Of a stretch of 64,000 nucleotides of DNA, positions 55,696 through 64,000 are shown piece after piece. Where the stretch lies: the NCBI GenBank assembly GCA_963711565.1, contig CAVQEQ010000003.1:512001-576000 (forward strand), in the 5' to 3' direction. The DNA is from an uncultured delta proteobacterium. GTDB lineage: Bacteria; Desulfobacterota; Binatia; Binatales; Binataceae. The position numbers and the translations under genes were made by a program. Position 1 is the stretch's first letter; each line of letters begins with the position of its first letter. Under the pieces are notes generated by a model. It was given only the letters and a program-made list of their open reading frames with translations. It had not been told where the DNA came from and ran no database searches.

Positions 55696-56378
55696 TCAAG
55701 ACTTGCTGAGCAGATGACGGAAGAGGTCGGCCGCCGACTTGCCGGCCTCCTCAGCAAAGGGCTCGTTCAGGAACTCAACGTCGTTCATGCGGTCGACGCG
55801 GAAGAAACGGAAATCATCGCGCAGCTCACACCACGACGCGGCGGTCCAAAACGGTGGATAGAACCAGAGGCTCAAGGGACGCACCTTGCGACGAGTCTCG
55901 GCGCCCTTCTCGTCGCAATATCGGAAGCGAACTTTTGTGCATCCGCGAATCGCGGCGCGCAAACGTCCAAGATCGAATGTCACCGGCACCCGGCGGACGT
56001 TTTCGGCGCCCACAGCGATCGATCGTCCAACATCCGCTGCAGGTGCGCCGGCAGAACGTTCTCGATCTTCGACAACGCCGCGTCCGCCGCGCGCCCCAGC
56101 TCGGCATCGCTCCAGTTCTGCACCATGCGCGCGCCGAAGACGAGCGCCTCGAGCTCGCTCTCACTGAACATCAGCGGCGGCAGATCGTAACCCTTGCGCA
56201 ACGAGTAGCCGATGCCGGCCGCGCCCTCGATAGGGACTTTGCTTGCGATCAGGTCGCGAATGTCGCGGTAGATTGTTCGCTCGCTGGTGTTGAACTGTTC
56301 GGCGAGCGAATGGGCGGTAACCACGCGGCGTCTGCGCAGCCGCTGAATGATCTCGAACAGGCGATCCGCGCGACGCAT
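55696..56378 (-). pseudogene. YafY-family HTH-WYL transcriptional regulator; 1-nt frameshift near 56000 (pseudogene or sequence error)
   Basis: MRRADRLFEIIQ...SERTIYRDI...GY.L..GYDLPPLMF in one frame; WYL part R.VRPL...WCELRDDFRFFRVDRM in the -1 frame. The frames join at an A4 run (TTTT at 56000-56003). Confidence 0.87.
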
Positions 56379-56420
56379 GATAATTGAGCTTCTCTCACTG
56401 TCGTCGTCGAACGGCAACAC

Positions 56421-56436
56421 CCGCGGGTTTCACATT
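56421..56436 (-). repeat. Truncated family A repeat, copy 4
   Basis: Reverse complement AATGTGAAACCCGCGG is identical to 15778-15793 and lies 3 nt after the GT-C gene stop. Confidence 0.55.
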
Positions 56437-56439
56437 CGA

Positions 56440-58365
56440 TCAAGTTCCGCCGCTGCTAAGTTCCGCCGGAGTGCGCAGCAACCCATACGCGGTCACCGCG
56501 AAGAAGACGGCGAGGTTGATCGATGCCGCCCCGATCAGCGCGGCGTTCAGATGGTCGGGGAAATATGACGAGGTGTCGGTGAGATGCTTGATGTAGACGA
56601 GGTTGAACAGGAACGTCGCGCTGACCACGCCGAAAATCGAGGTGAGAAATTCGCTCTCCAGCGCGATCGGAATCAGGAAGACCAGCGGGTAGTAGAGATA
56701 TCGCTCGTGCATCCGCGGCGCGAACATGAAGAAGCCGAACAGCGCGACGAAAATTGCGAGCAGCGCCGCACGAGCCGACCGCGCGCGCCAAATCATGTAC
56801 GACGCGATCAGGTAAACGGCGCACGTCAGCGAAAGTCCGAACGCGCTGTACGAAACGCCGCCGAAGACTTTGTCGGTGTCGGGCGTGCCCATCCCGCCGA
56901 TCAACCCCATGAAGTTGAACGCGCCGACCGACGCTTCGCTGAAGCGCGTCCCGAGGTCTTTGTATACGTTGATTATCCAGTCCCACGAATGCCCGAGTTG
57001 ATACGGCAGGATTCCTATCGCAACCGTGCCCGCGACCGCACTAGCGCACCACACGCATTCGACGATGCCCGCGTTGAAAAGCGTCCACAGCGCTAGCGGC
57101 GGCGTAAATGCGAGCGCTTGCGGCTTAGCCAGCATCGCGATCGCGGCCGCACTCCAGCCGAGGCGGTAGCGGCCGGTGAGGATCAGAATCGCTGCCGCGA
57201 TCATCGGCAGCGCGACGACCGAATCGCTCTGGCCCCATACCACAGTGTCGAAGATGAGCGCCGGGTTGAGCGCGAACAGCATCATTATAATGAGGGCGCG
57301 CGGGCCGCGTCCGTCGCGCCACGTCGCGAAGTAAAGCGTTAGGCCGATGAAGAGATCGGCAATCAGCGGCGGCGTCTCGACGATCACGCGAAAGCCGTTC
57401 GCGGTCGGCTCGAGCAACCTGCCTATCCATCCCGAGAGCCACAGCAGGTACAGCGACCCAGGCGGATAGGCGTCAACCGGCAGGCCGGGATCGTAAATCT
57501 TCGACGGCCCCAGCGCGGCGGCCAGGAGAGCGCGATTGGTCTTCGCCCAGATGTCCCAATAGAAGCCGGTAAAATGAAACAGTGCGGCGAACTTGATGGC
57601 CGTAATCGCCAGCATGAGGCCTGCCGCGAGCATCCACGCTCCCTGACCTGCCCAAAGAGCGGGCCGCGCTATCTCAAACAGCGCCCATCCCAGGATCGCG
57701 AGCAGGACAATCCCGCAGACGATGCCCGTCGCGCGGATCGAGATTGTAGCGTCGGGCTGATGCAGCTGATCCTTGTAGAGTGTGCGGATTGCAGCGAGAT
57801 TAAATCTGACTACGCCCATCGGCGGCGGAGTCGAAACCTCGATCACCTTGATATTGCGAAATGAGGCGCGCCCCGTATCCGGATTTCCCGCAACGCCCAA
57901 CTGGCAGAGCAATTCAGTCGTGTCGCCCCATCGATCTTCGATCAAGAAAAATGAAACGGTTTGCCAGTCCTTGGTGCCTTGCAGATGATTCGAGATGAGC
58001 TGGATGCCGTCGAAGGTGCTGATCGCGATGTTCGCGCCGCCTTCATGCGGCATCGCACCCTCGACGCGCGCTTCGGCGCTCACCTTGTAAATCCCCGGCC
58101 GCAGCATCAGTGCCTGATGCCAGCTCGAAAACGTCCGGCTGTTGTTCGCGATGCCAAGCACGCCGCCAGCGGCCGGCGTATAGGTCCATGAAAACTTTGT
58201 CAGCTTCTTGTCGGAAGACAACGCGTACCAATCGGCCGGCGCGCCGTCGAAGCCGGACGCGAGGTCCGGGTTCTTGACGAGATTGGTCTGGGCGAAGGCG
58301 CAGAGCGGCCCCCAGAGCCATGATGCGCACAGTACCAGCGCCACAACCGCGATGAATCGACGCAT
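56440..58365 (-). CDS. GT-C membrane glycosyltransferase (Gpi18/GT87-like) with N-terminal carbohydrate-binding-like domain
   Basis: Signal peptide and NLVKNP...F.NI jelly-roll-like domain; YPPGSLY, LNPA..FDTVVWGQSD, KPQ and MHERYLY in a multi-TM region. Confidence 0.82.
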   Translation of the reverse strand: MRRFIAVVALVLCASWLWGPLCAFAQTNLVKNPDLASGFDGAPADWYALSSDKKLTKFSWTYTPAAGGVLGIANNSRTFSSWHQALMLRPGIYKVSAEARVEGAMPHEGGANIAISTFDGIQLISNHLQGTKDWQTVSFFLIEDRWGDTTELLCQLGVAGNPDTGRASFRNIKVIEVSTPPPMGVVRFNLAAIRTLYKDQLHQPDATISIRATGIVCGIVLLAILGWALFEIARPALWAGQGAWMLAAGLMLAITAIKFAALFHFTGFYWDIWAKTNRALLAAALGPSKIYDPGLPVDAYPPGSLYLLWLSGWIGRLLEPTANGFRVIVETPPLIADLFIGLTLYFATWRDGRGPRALIIMMLFALNPALIFDTVVWGQSDSVVALPMIAAAILILTGRYRLGWSAAAIAMLAKPQALAFTPPLALWTLFNAGIVECVWCASAVAGTVAIGILPYQLGHSWDWIINVYKDLGTRFSEASVGAFNFMGLIGGMGTPDTDKVFGGVSYSAFGLSLTCAVYLIASYMIWRARSARAALLAIFVALFGFFMFAPRMHERYLYYPLVFLIPIALESEFLTSIFGVVSATFLFNLVYIKHLTDTSSYFPDHLNAALIGAASINLAVFFAVTAYGLLRTPAELSSGGT

Positions 58366-58513
58366 TAGTTAAACGGAATCCGATGCCGCGAGGGGTACCG
58401 ATTCATGGGCATCCAAGCAAGTGTGGATATGCATATGCAAGACCTGCTGCGTTTTCGGCCAGCCCCGGCTAGGATGTGCCGCAGTTGGCTCGCAACCATG
58501 GGAGGGATTTGCG

Positions 58514-58915
58514 ATGGCTGAGAAATCGCGCGGCACCGCGCTCACGATCTTCGCGCTCCTGTTCGGACTTCTCGCGATCTCCAACTTCGCCAAACCGTTT
58601 CACATCTTCGCCGGAGACGGCTTCGTCTTCATGGGCGTCAAGCAGACCGGCACCCCCAATGCGATCCTCGGACCGCTGTTCGGGGTCCTCCTGTTGATTT
58701 ACGCTTACGGCATCTGGACGATGCGCCGCTACGCGCTGCCGGTGGCGTACATCTATACAGCATGGGTGATCGTCAACATGGTTCTGTTCACTTTGAAGAA
58801 CCAGGCCGCTCAGCCGACTCCCCCGGTGTTTGCGATTATTTCTATCGTAATTGGCGTTGGCATCCCGCTCGCGACGGCGATCATTCTGTCGCGCCGCAGC
58901 GCTGAGCTCGGTTGA
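58514..58915 (+). CDS. Four-TM membrane protein, tandem paralogue 1
   Basis: RG..LTI.ALL...IS.F.KPF....GFVF.G...YGI..MR..ALP; GGAGG RBS. Confidence 0.8.
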   Translation: MAEKSRGTALTIFALLFGLLAISNFAKPFHIFAGDGFVFMGVKQTGTPNAILGPLFGVLLLIYAYGIWTMRRYALPVAYIYTAWVIVNMVLFTLKNQAAQPTPPVFAIISIVIGVGIPLATAIILSRRSAELG

Positions 58916-58933
58916 TTGAGCGACGAATCCACG

Positions 58934-59344
58934 ATGAGAGCGAAACCGCGCGGCGCAACTCTGACGATTCTCGCGCTACTGCTCGCGCTGATGGTGATTT
59001 CCGATTTCCACAAGCCGTTCGCGCATCATCCCGGCGAAGGCTTCGTGTTCTTTGGCACGCGCCTTGCGGGCACCGCCAACACGATCGTCGCACCGATTTT
59101 CGGGATCATCCTCGCCGTGTACGTGTACGGAATTTTTGCGATGCGCAAGTTTGCGCTGCCGCTCGGAATTTTTTACGCGGCATACGTGATCCTCAATATG
59201 CCGCTGTTCATCCTAACGTACCACGGCACCCCGGTGATGCAGGAGCATTCGTGGGCGTACCTCGTCCCCTACCCCTTCGTCGCGATCGGCGTCTCGTCGG
59301 GCGCGGCCTGGCTGCTGTATCGACGCAAAGCCGACCTGCGCTGA
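58934..59344 (+). CDS. Four-TM membrane protein, tandem paralogue 2
   Basis: Shares the motif series of the upstream gene. Confidence 0.8.
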   Translation: MRAKPRGATLTILALLLALMVISDFHKPFAHHPGEGFVFFGTRLAGTANTIVAPIFGIILAVYVYGIFAMRKFALPLGIFYAAYVILNMPLFILTYHGTPVMQEHSWAYLVPYPFVAIGVSSGAAWLLYRRKADLR

Positions 59345-59355
59345 AGCCTCTTCTA

Positions 59356-59390
59356 TTGACAACCCATCGCTTGTCAAGTAATCCTTGACA
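59356..59390. promoter_or_regulatory. Overlapping TTGACA palindromes, candidate promoter/operator
   Basis: TTGACAA-N8-TTGTCAA (59356-59377) and TGTCAAG-N5-CTTGACA (59372-59390), 17 nt before the ClpX-ZnF-HTH start. Confidence 0.6.
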
Positions 59391-59407
59391 CGAGGTTCAA
59401 GTCGATC

Positions 59408-59755
59408 ATGGTCAATGGCAAGATGTTGTATTGCTCGTTCTGCCGAAAGAGCGACGAGCAACTCAAGAAACTCATCGCAGGGCCCGCCGTCTTTATCTGC
59501 GACGATTGCATCGAGCTCTGCAACCGCATCCTCGGTGGCAAACCGGTTCCCGCGTTTCCGGGATTTGACTCGCTCAAGACGGACGATCTCCTGAAGACCC
59601 TGGTACCAGCCGCCGAGCAGCTTCGCAAAACCGAAGATGTGCTTCGTCAGCACGTCTCCGCTCTTCGCAAGCGGGAGGTGACCTGGACGCGAATCGGCGA
59701 AGCCTTGGGTGTTAGCAGACAGGCGGCATGGGAGCGGTTCTCGCAAGAGGAATAG
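59408..59755 (+). CDS. ClpX C4-type zinc finger fused to a C-terminal HTH
   Basis: YCSFCRKS....[19 protein letters not shown] followed by [20 protein letters not shown]; no ATPase domain. Confidence 0.88.
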   Translation: MVNGKMLYCSFCRKSDEQLKKLIAGPAVFICDDCIELCNRILGGKPVPAFPGFDSLKTDDLLKTLVPAAEQLRKTEDVLRQHVSALRKREVTWTRIGEALGVSRQAAWERFSQEE

Positions 59756-59862
59756 CGTCGTCGTCCCCGTGACTGCCCTTCGAGCATAGAGTCTGGCGAA
59801 TCCTGGCGGTAGAATTGGCGTTGGCCGCGAACGCCTCGACCGCGGCTCCGCGAGGTGCGCAG

Positions 59863-61101
59863 ATGAAACGATCGCACACTGGATCGATCATGGGACGACG
59901 CGAGTTCCTGAAACGCGGTGTGCTGGCCGGCGTGGGCGTATCGATCCTGCCGCTGGCCGGCAGCGCGAGCGCATCGCTCGAAGCGGCGCCGCGCGTCCGC
60001 CGCTACTCGACGCTTGGCCGCACCGGTCTCAGGATTTCCGACATCTCGTTCGGCGCGAGCCGCCTGACTTCCGGGGAGGAAGACCTCGTGCGCCACGCCT
60101 ACGATTGCGGGGTCAACTACTTCGACTCGGCCGATACTTACAGCGACGGCGAATCCGAGACCACGATCGGCAACGCGCTCAAGGGCAAGCGCGACAAGGT
60201 CTTCCTGACCTCGAAGACGATGGCGGGCGCGGACGACAGCCGCGCTTCGATAATGACCGCGCTCGAAGGAAGCCTGCGCCGCCTGCAAACCGACCACGTT
60301 GACGTGTACTTCAACCATGCGGTCAACGATCCAGCGCGCCTGAAAAATCCCGAGTGGTACGAATTCGTCACGCAGGCGAAGCGCCAGGGAAAGATTCGCT
60401 TCACCGGGATGTCGGGACACGCCGGCAATCTTGCCGAATGCGTTGACTACGCGATCGACAGCGGCCACTTCGACGTAATTCTGTGCGCGCACAACTTCGG
60501 CCAGGACCCGCGCTTTTACCAGCAATTCACGCGCAACTTCGATATGGTCGCGCGACAGCCCGAGTTGCCGCGCCTGATGGGGAAGGCAAATCAGCACGGC
60601 GTCGGCGTGGTCGTGATGAAAACCTTGATGGGCGCGCGCTTGAACGACATGCGTCCGTACGAATCGGGCGGTGCGACTTTTTCGCAGGCGGCGTTTCGAT
60701 GGGTGCTGTCGAATCCGAACGTTAACGGGCTGATCGTCTCGATGACGAGCAGGCAAATGATCGACGAATACCTGGGCGCGTCGGGAGCGCGCGCGACCGC
60801 CGCCGCGGATCTTCCGCTGTTGAATCGTTACGCGAGTCTCAACGGCGATTCGCAATGCCGTCCGGCGTGCAACGAGTGCGCGACCGCATGCCCCTACGGC
60901 GTGCCGATCGCCGATGTGATGCGCACGCGGATGTACGCTCGCGACTACGGCGACCTGCGCTTTGCGCGCAGCGAATACGCGATGCTCTCATCGAATGCCG
61001 CGGCCTGTCTCACTTGCGATACGAAGCCCTGCGCCGGCGCGTGTCCGCACGGCATCGCGACCGAGGTGCTGCTCGCGCCGACCCATCGGATGCTCGCGTA
61101 G
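59863..61101 (+). CDS. Aldo/keto reductase with Tat-like signal and C-terminal 4Fe-4S dicluster
   Basis: GRREFLK; LGRTGL.IS, NYFDSADTY and SLRRLQTDHVD; CRPACNECATACP and CLTC...CAGACP. Confidence 0.88.
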   Translation: MKRSHTGSIMGRREFLKRGVLAGVGVSILPLAGSASASLEAAPRVRRYSTLGRTGLRISDISFGASRLTSGEEDLVRHAYDCGVNYFDSADTYSDGESETTIGNALKGKRDKVFLTSKTMAGADDSRASIMTALEGSLRRLQTDHVDVYFNHAVNDPARLKNPEWYEFVTQAKRQGKIRFTGMSGHAGNLAECVDYAIDSGHFDVILCAHNFGQDPRFYQQFTRNFDMVARQPELPRLMGKANQHGVGVVVMKTLMGARLNDMRPYESGGATFSQAAFRWVLSNPNVNGLIVSMTSRQMIDEYLGASGARATAAADLPLLNRYASLNGDSQCRPACNECATACPYGVPIADVMRTRMYARDYGDLRFARSEYAMLSSNAAACLTCDTKPCAGACPHGIATEVLLAPTHRMLA

Positions 61102-61105
61102 CCAA

Positions 61106-62656
61106 TTGTCGCCGGGACGAAACCTATCGAGGACGATTTATAGTTTCCTGCTCATTGCGATTTTCATCATCGCGACGGGCGGGCAGCGGAGTTTTGCCGA
61201 AATGGATGCACCTGAAATCGCACGCCCGGGACTTGAATGGTTCAACGTCGCCGCTCCGCTGCCAATCGCGAGCCTGCAGGGCCGCATTGTAATTCTCGAT
61301 TTCTGGACCGAAGGATGCATCAACTGCATCCAGATTATCCCGACGCTGCGCCGCGTCGAAGATAAGTATCCCGACAAGGTGGTGGTGATCGGAGTTCACT
61401 CGCCAAAGTTCGCCAACGAGAAAAACGCGCACAGCGTCAAGGACGCGATCCGCCGCTACGAGCTTCGGCATCCGATCATTCACGATCCCGATATGACTAT
61501 CTGGCGCGCGTACGGGGTGCAGGCGTGGCCGACGCTCGTCGTGATCGGCGCCGACGGCAAAATCGCCGGCTCGATTCCCGGTGAGCCCGATCCGGATCGA
61601 TTCGTCGCCGCCATCGACAAACTTGTCGCGGACTCGTCGAAAGACGGCACTCTGAGGCCGGCGGCGCTCGATCTCGCGCTTATCCCGGAACCCAAGGGAC
61701 GTTTCCTGTTCCCGGGCAAGCTGAAACCTGTGCCGGGTCACGACAAGCGATGGGCACTCGCCGACGGCGGACATAATCAGATCGTTCTGCTCGACGACAA
61801 CGGCAAGGAACTCGAGCGCTATGGCAGCGGCGAGGCCGGGCTGCTCGATGGCGCAAAGCGCGCCGCGCACTTCGATCATCCGCAGGGCTTGATCGCCTCG
61901 AGCGACGCAATCTTCGTGGCTGACACCGAGAATCACGCGATTCGGCGTATCGACCTGGTAACCGGCGCGGTGACGACTCTCGCCGGAACGGGCAAGCGCG
62001 GGACGCAGCTCGGCGCTGCCGAACCCGGCCGCACGCGCGCGCTGGCCTCTCCGTGGGACCTCGAGAAAAAAGGCGACGAGCTGTTCTTCGCGAACGCCGG
62101 CACTCATCAGATAGGCGTGCTCGATCTCAAGAGCGGAACCGTCGCGACGCTCGCGGGCACTGGCGAGGAAGGCTTGCGTGACGGGCGCGCCGCGTCGGCT
62201 TCGATGGCGCAACCGAGCGGGCTGGCGTTGAGCGCCGACGGTAAGACGCTCTACGTCGCGGACAGCGAAAGCTCGGCGGTGCGCGCGATCGCGCTGTCGA
62301 AGGATCCTCAGATCGTCACGCTGGTGGGAGCCGGACTCTTCGATTTCGGATGGGTCAACGGTGATTTCCAAAAGGCGCGCTTGCAGCATCCGCTGGGAGT
62401 CGCCGTCGATGGCGACGATCTACTGGTTGCCGATACCTACAACAGTGCGATTCGCGAGCTGGAACTGGCAAAGCACGAGGTCGTAGACTTCGACGGTGGA
62501 AAATTTACCTGCGTCGATCCGGTTTGCATTCCCACGCGCGAGCCGGCGGGAATCGTGGCTGACACTCCAGATCGAATTCTGTTGGTCGATACAGGTAATC
62601 ATCGAATCGATGAGTATCGGCCCTCGCTCAAGACTTACCACACCTGGTCGCGCTGA
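61106..62656 (+). CDS. Thioredoxin-like plus NHL-repeat protein (NHLRC2-like), probably exported
   Basis: DFWTEGCINC, GVHSPKF.NE, AWPT and NHL repeats (VADTENHAIR, VADSESSAVR, LQHPLG). TTG 61106 start inferred. Confidence 0.88.
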   Translation: MSPGRNLSRTIYSFLLIAIFIIATGGQRSFAEMDAPEIARPGLEWFNVAAPLPIASLQGRIVILDFWTEGCINCIQIIPTLRRVEDKYPDKVVVIGVHSPKFANEKNAHSVKDAIRRYELRHPIIHDPDMTIWRAYGVQAWPTLVVIGADGKIAGSIPGEPDPDRFVAAIDKLVADSSKDGTLRPAALDLALIPEPKGRFLFPGKLKPVPGHDKRWALADGGHNQIVLLDDNGKELERYGSGEAGLLDGAKRAAHFDHPQGLIASSDAIFVADTENHAIRRIDLVTGAVTTLAGTGKRGTQLGAAEPGRTRALASPWDLEKKGDELFFANAGTHQIGVLDLKSGTVATLAGTGEEGLRDGRAASASMAQPSGLALSADGKTLYVADSESSAVRAIALSKDPQIVTLVGAGLFDFGWVNGDFQKARLQHPLGVAVDGDDLLVADTYNSAIRELELAKHEVVDFDGGKFTCVDPVCIPTREPAGIVADTPDRILLVDTGNHRIDEYRPSLKTYHTWSR

Positions 62657-62662
62657 TTTTCG

Positions 62663-63181
62663 TCAGGGGACAACTTCGAGCATCGTGACTCCGCGAATCC
62701 ATCGCGCGTGCCGCTTGTCACCGGGAACCACGAATCGCAGCGGACCTTCATGATTGTCTAGCGGCTTGCCGTCGCGGCGATCAGCCAAAAGGATTATGCG
62801 ATCGCTGAAATCGGGGTCGAATTCCGCCAGCGAGAAGAGCACATGGTAACCGTCCGCGGCTCGCGCGATAACGGCCACGGCCATCTTTGGTCCCTTTAAT
62901 TCTTTGCCAAGCGGAGCGCCCGCCTTCTGCAGGATCTCCGCGACCGGCACTCCTGAATACTCAACCGGAGTACCTTTTTCGTCGGTGACGTGGATTGTCT
63001 GCCGTGGAAATGCAGCGATATCGGCGAGGGTGAGGTCAAGGTGATTCGGAACATCGCCGGTGAGGTGGAGAGCAACCGGCGGCGCGGCTTGCGCAAACAC
63101 ATTCGCCGCTGCGCATAAGAGCAGCACGAGTAGCGAGGAGAAAATCGTGCGGGATCGCCAGTGTCGATCGACGAGCGTCAC
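62663..63181 (-). CDS. Secreted stand-alone molybdopterin-oxidoreductase-like domain protein
   Basis: Signal peptide; YSGVP, A.DGY, DGKPL...GPLRFVVPGD...RWIRGV. Confidence 0.8.
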   Translation of the reverse strand: MTLVDRHWRSRTIFSSLLVLLLCAAANVFAQAAPPVALHLTGDVPNHLDLTLADIAAFPRQTIHVTDEKGTPVEYSGVPVAEILQKAGAPLGKELKGPKMAVAVIARAADGYHVLFSLAEFDPDFSDRIILLADRRDGKPLDNHEGPLRFVVPGDKRHARWIRGVTMLEVVP

Positions 63182-63182
63182 G

Positions 63183-63389
63183 CTAGCCTTTCTGGATCAT
63201 GACTTCGGTGGCCTTGATCACCGCGGTCACCTTGTCGCCCTTCTTGAGGCCCATTTCCTCGGCGCTCCGCTTGGTGATAACCGACTCGACGATATTGTCG
63301 CCGACCTTCACCGTGATGAGCGCGGTGACGGTGCCGAGAATCACTTCGGTGATTTCGCCCTTCAGATGATTGCGAGCGCTGAGTGGCAT
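63183..63389 (-). CDS. Molbindin / TOBE (Mop) molybdate-binding protein
   Basis: SARNHLKG.I...SVIT..S...MGLKKGD.V.A.IKA. Confidence 0.92.
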   Translation of the reverse strand: MPLSARNHLKGEITEVILGTVTALITVKVGDNIVESVITKRSAEEMGLKKGDKVTAVIKATEVMIQKG

Positions 63390-63487
63390 AGAAACTTTTC
63401 TCCTGGCGTAGCTTGTGGGCGGCTCAGTTTTGTTTCACAAACCTGCCACAACACTTGATACTCTGCCAGACTGGTCAACGGAGCAAG

Positions 63488-64000
63488 ATGGACACCGAAA
63501 CATTGGAAAAAACTGGCGCGAGCTTTTCCGTCGCATCTTTGATGACTGCGCGCAAGAATACTAAGGAAGCGATTGTGCAGATCGCGCGCTCGATCGAGCC
63601 GGAGATGCTCGAAGACGACGCTCGCGTGATGGCCAAAGAAACTCTGGTGCGTCTTGGTTCGCGCAAGGGATGGCATCGCATCCTGGTCCGTTTCGGACCG
63701 AATACGATCAAGAACTTCCGGGATCCGTCCGAACCCGGCACTCGCCTGCGCGACGGCGATATCTTCTTTCTCGATATCGGCCCGGTGTGGGGCGATACCG
63801 AAGGCGACGGTGGCGAGACTTTCGTCGTCGGGAAAAATCCCGAGCCCGAGATGCGGCGCTGCGCTGAAGACGTTAAGCGGATCTTCCACATCGTCCGCAG
63901 CCAGTGGCTTCAAAGCCGAATGACCGGTAAGGAACTCTACGATTTCGCCTACAATACTGCGGCCGACCTCGGATGGGTGCTCAACCTGGACCTCACCGGT
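63488..64000 (+). CDS. M24-family metallopeptidase, 5' part (runs off window end)
   Basis: Not in ORF track. My translation: MDTETLEKTG...WHRILVRFGPNT...DIFFLDIGPVWGDTEGDGGETFVVG...GWVLNLDLTG. Confidence 0.75.
   Translation, partial: MDTETLEKTGASFSVASLMTARKNTKEAIVQIARSIEPEMLEDDARVMAKETLVRLGSRKGWHRILVRFGPNTIKNFRDPSEPGTRLRDGDIFFLDIGPVWGDTEGDGGETFVVGKNPEPEMRRCAEDVKRIFHIVRSQWLQSRMTGKELYDFAYNTAADLGWVLNLDLTG

Noticed and set aside
55567-56387. Plus-strand ORFs 55567-56190 and 55854-56387
   Set aside because: Antisense to the frameshifted YafY/WYL gene, which has clear motifs.
59408-59755. Calling this gene clpX or a clpX pseudogene
   Set aside because: No AAA+ remnant follows; the finger is fused to an intact HTH and ends cleanly.

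Overview
This is a 64-kb, GC-rich, gene-dense chromosomal segment of a diderm bacterium (waaF, lpxD). F420-type oxidoreductases, Kelch proteins and ASH/choice-of-anchor-D surface proteins suggest a soil Binatia-like lineage (inference only). The left ~14 kb is a minus-strand surface-polysaccharide and secreted-protein region: O-antigen ligase-like gene (partial), wzc, wza, a signal-peptide-bearing tailspike-like protein, a beta-propeller/ASH protein and a WecA-type initiator fused to a CoA-binding-like domain. The rest is mixed metabolism: HtrA, a TPP enzyme, a CPA2 antiporter, zwf, beta-oxidation enzymes, two Kelch proteins, two toxin-antitoxin pairs, a phosphoesterase-multicopper oxidase-Pit cluster, mscL and Mo-related genes. 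Signals the ORF track misses: a UGA-interrupted UxxC peroxiredoxin-like selenoprotein with a SECIS-like hairpin; two genes each broken by one missing base (S53 peptidase, YafY/WYL regulator); two families of dispersed palindromic repeats with compensatory changes; candidate operators beside the WYL, ClpX-ZnF-HTH and RHH genes. I saw no rRNA, tRNA, CRISPR array, integrase or transposase. All calls come from motif recognition by eye; no searches were run.
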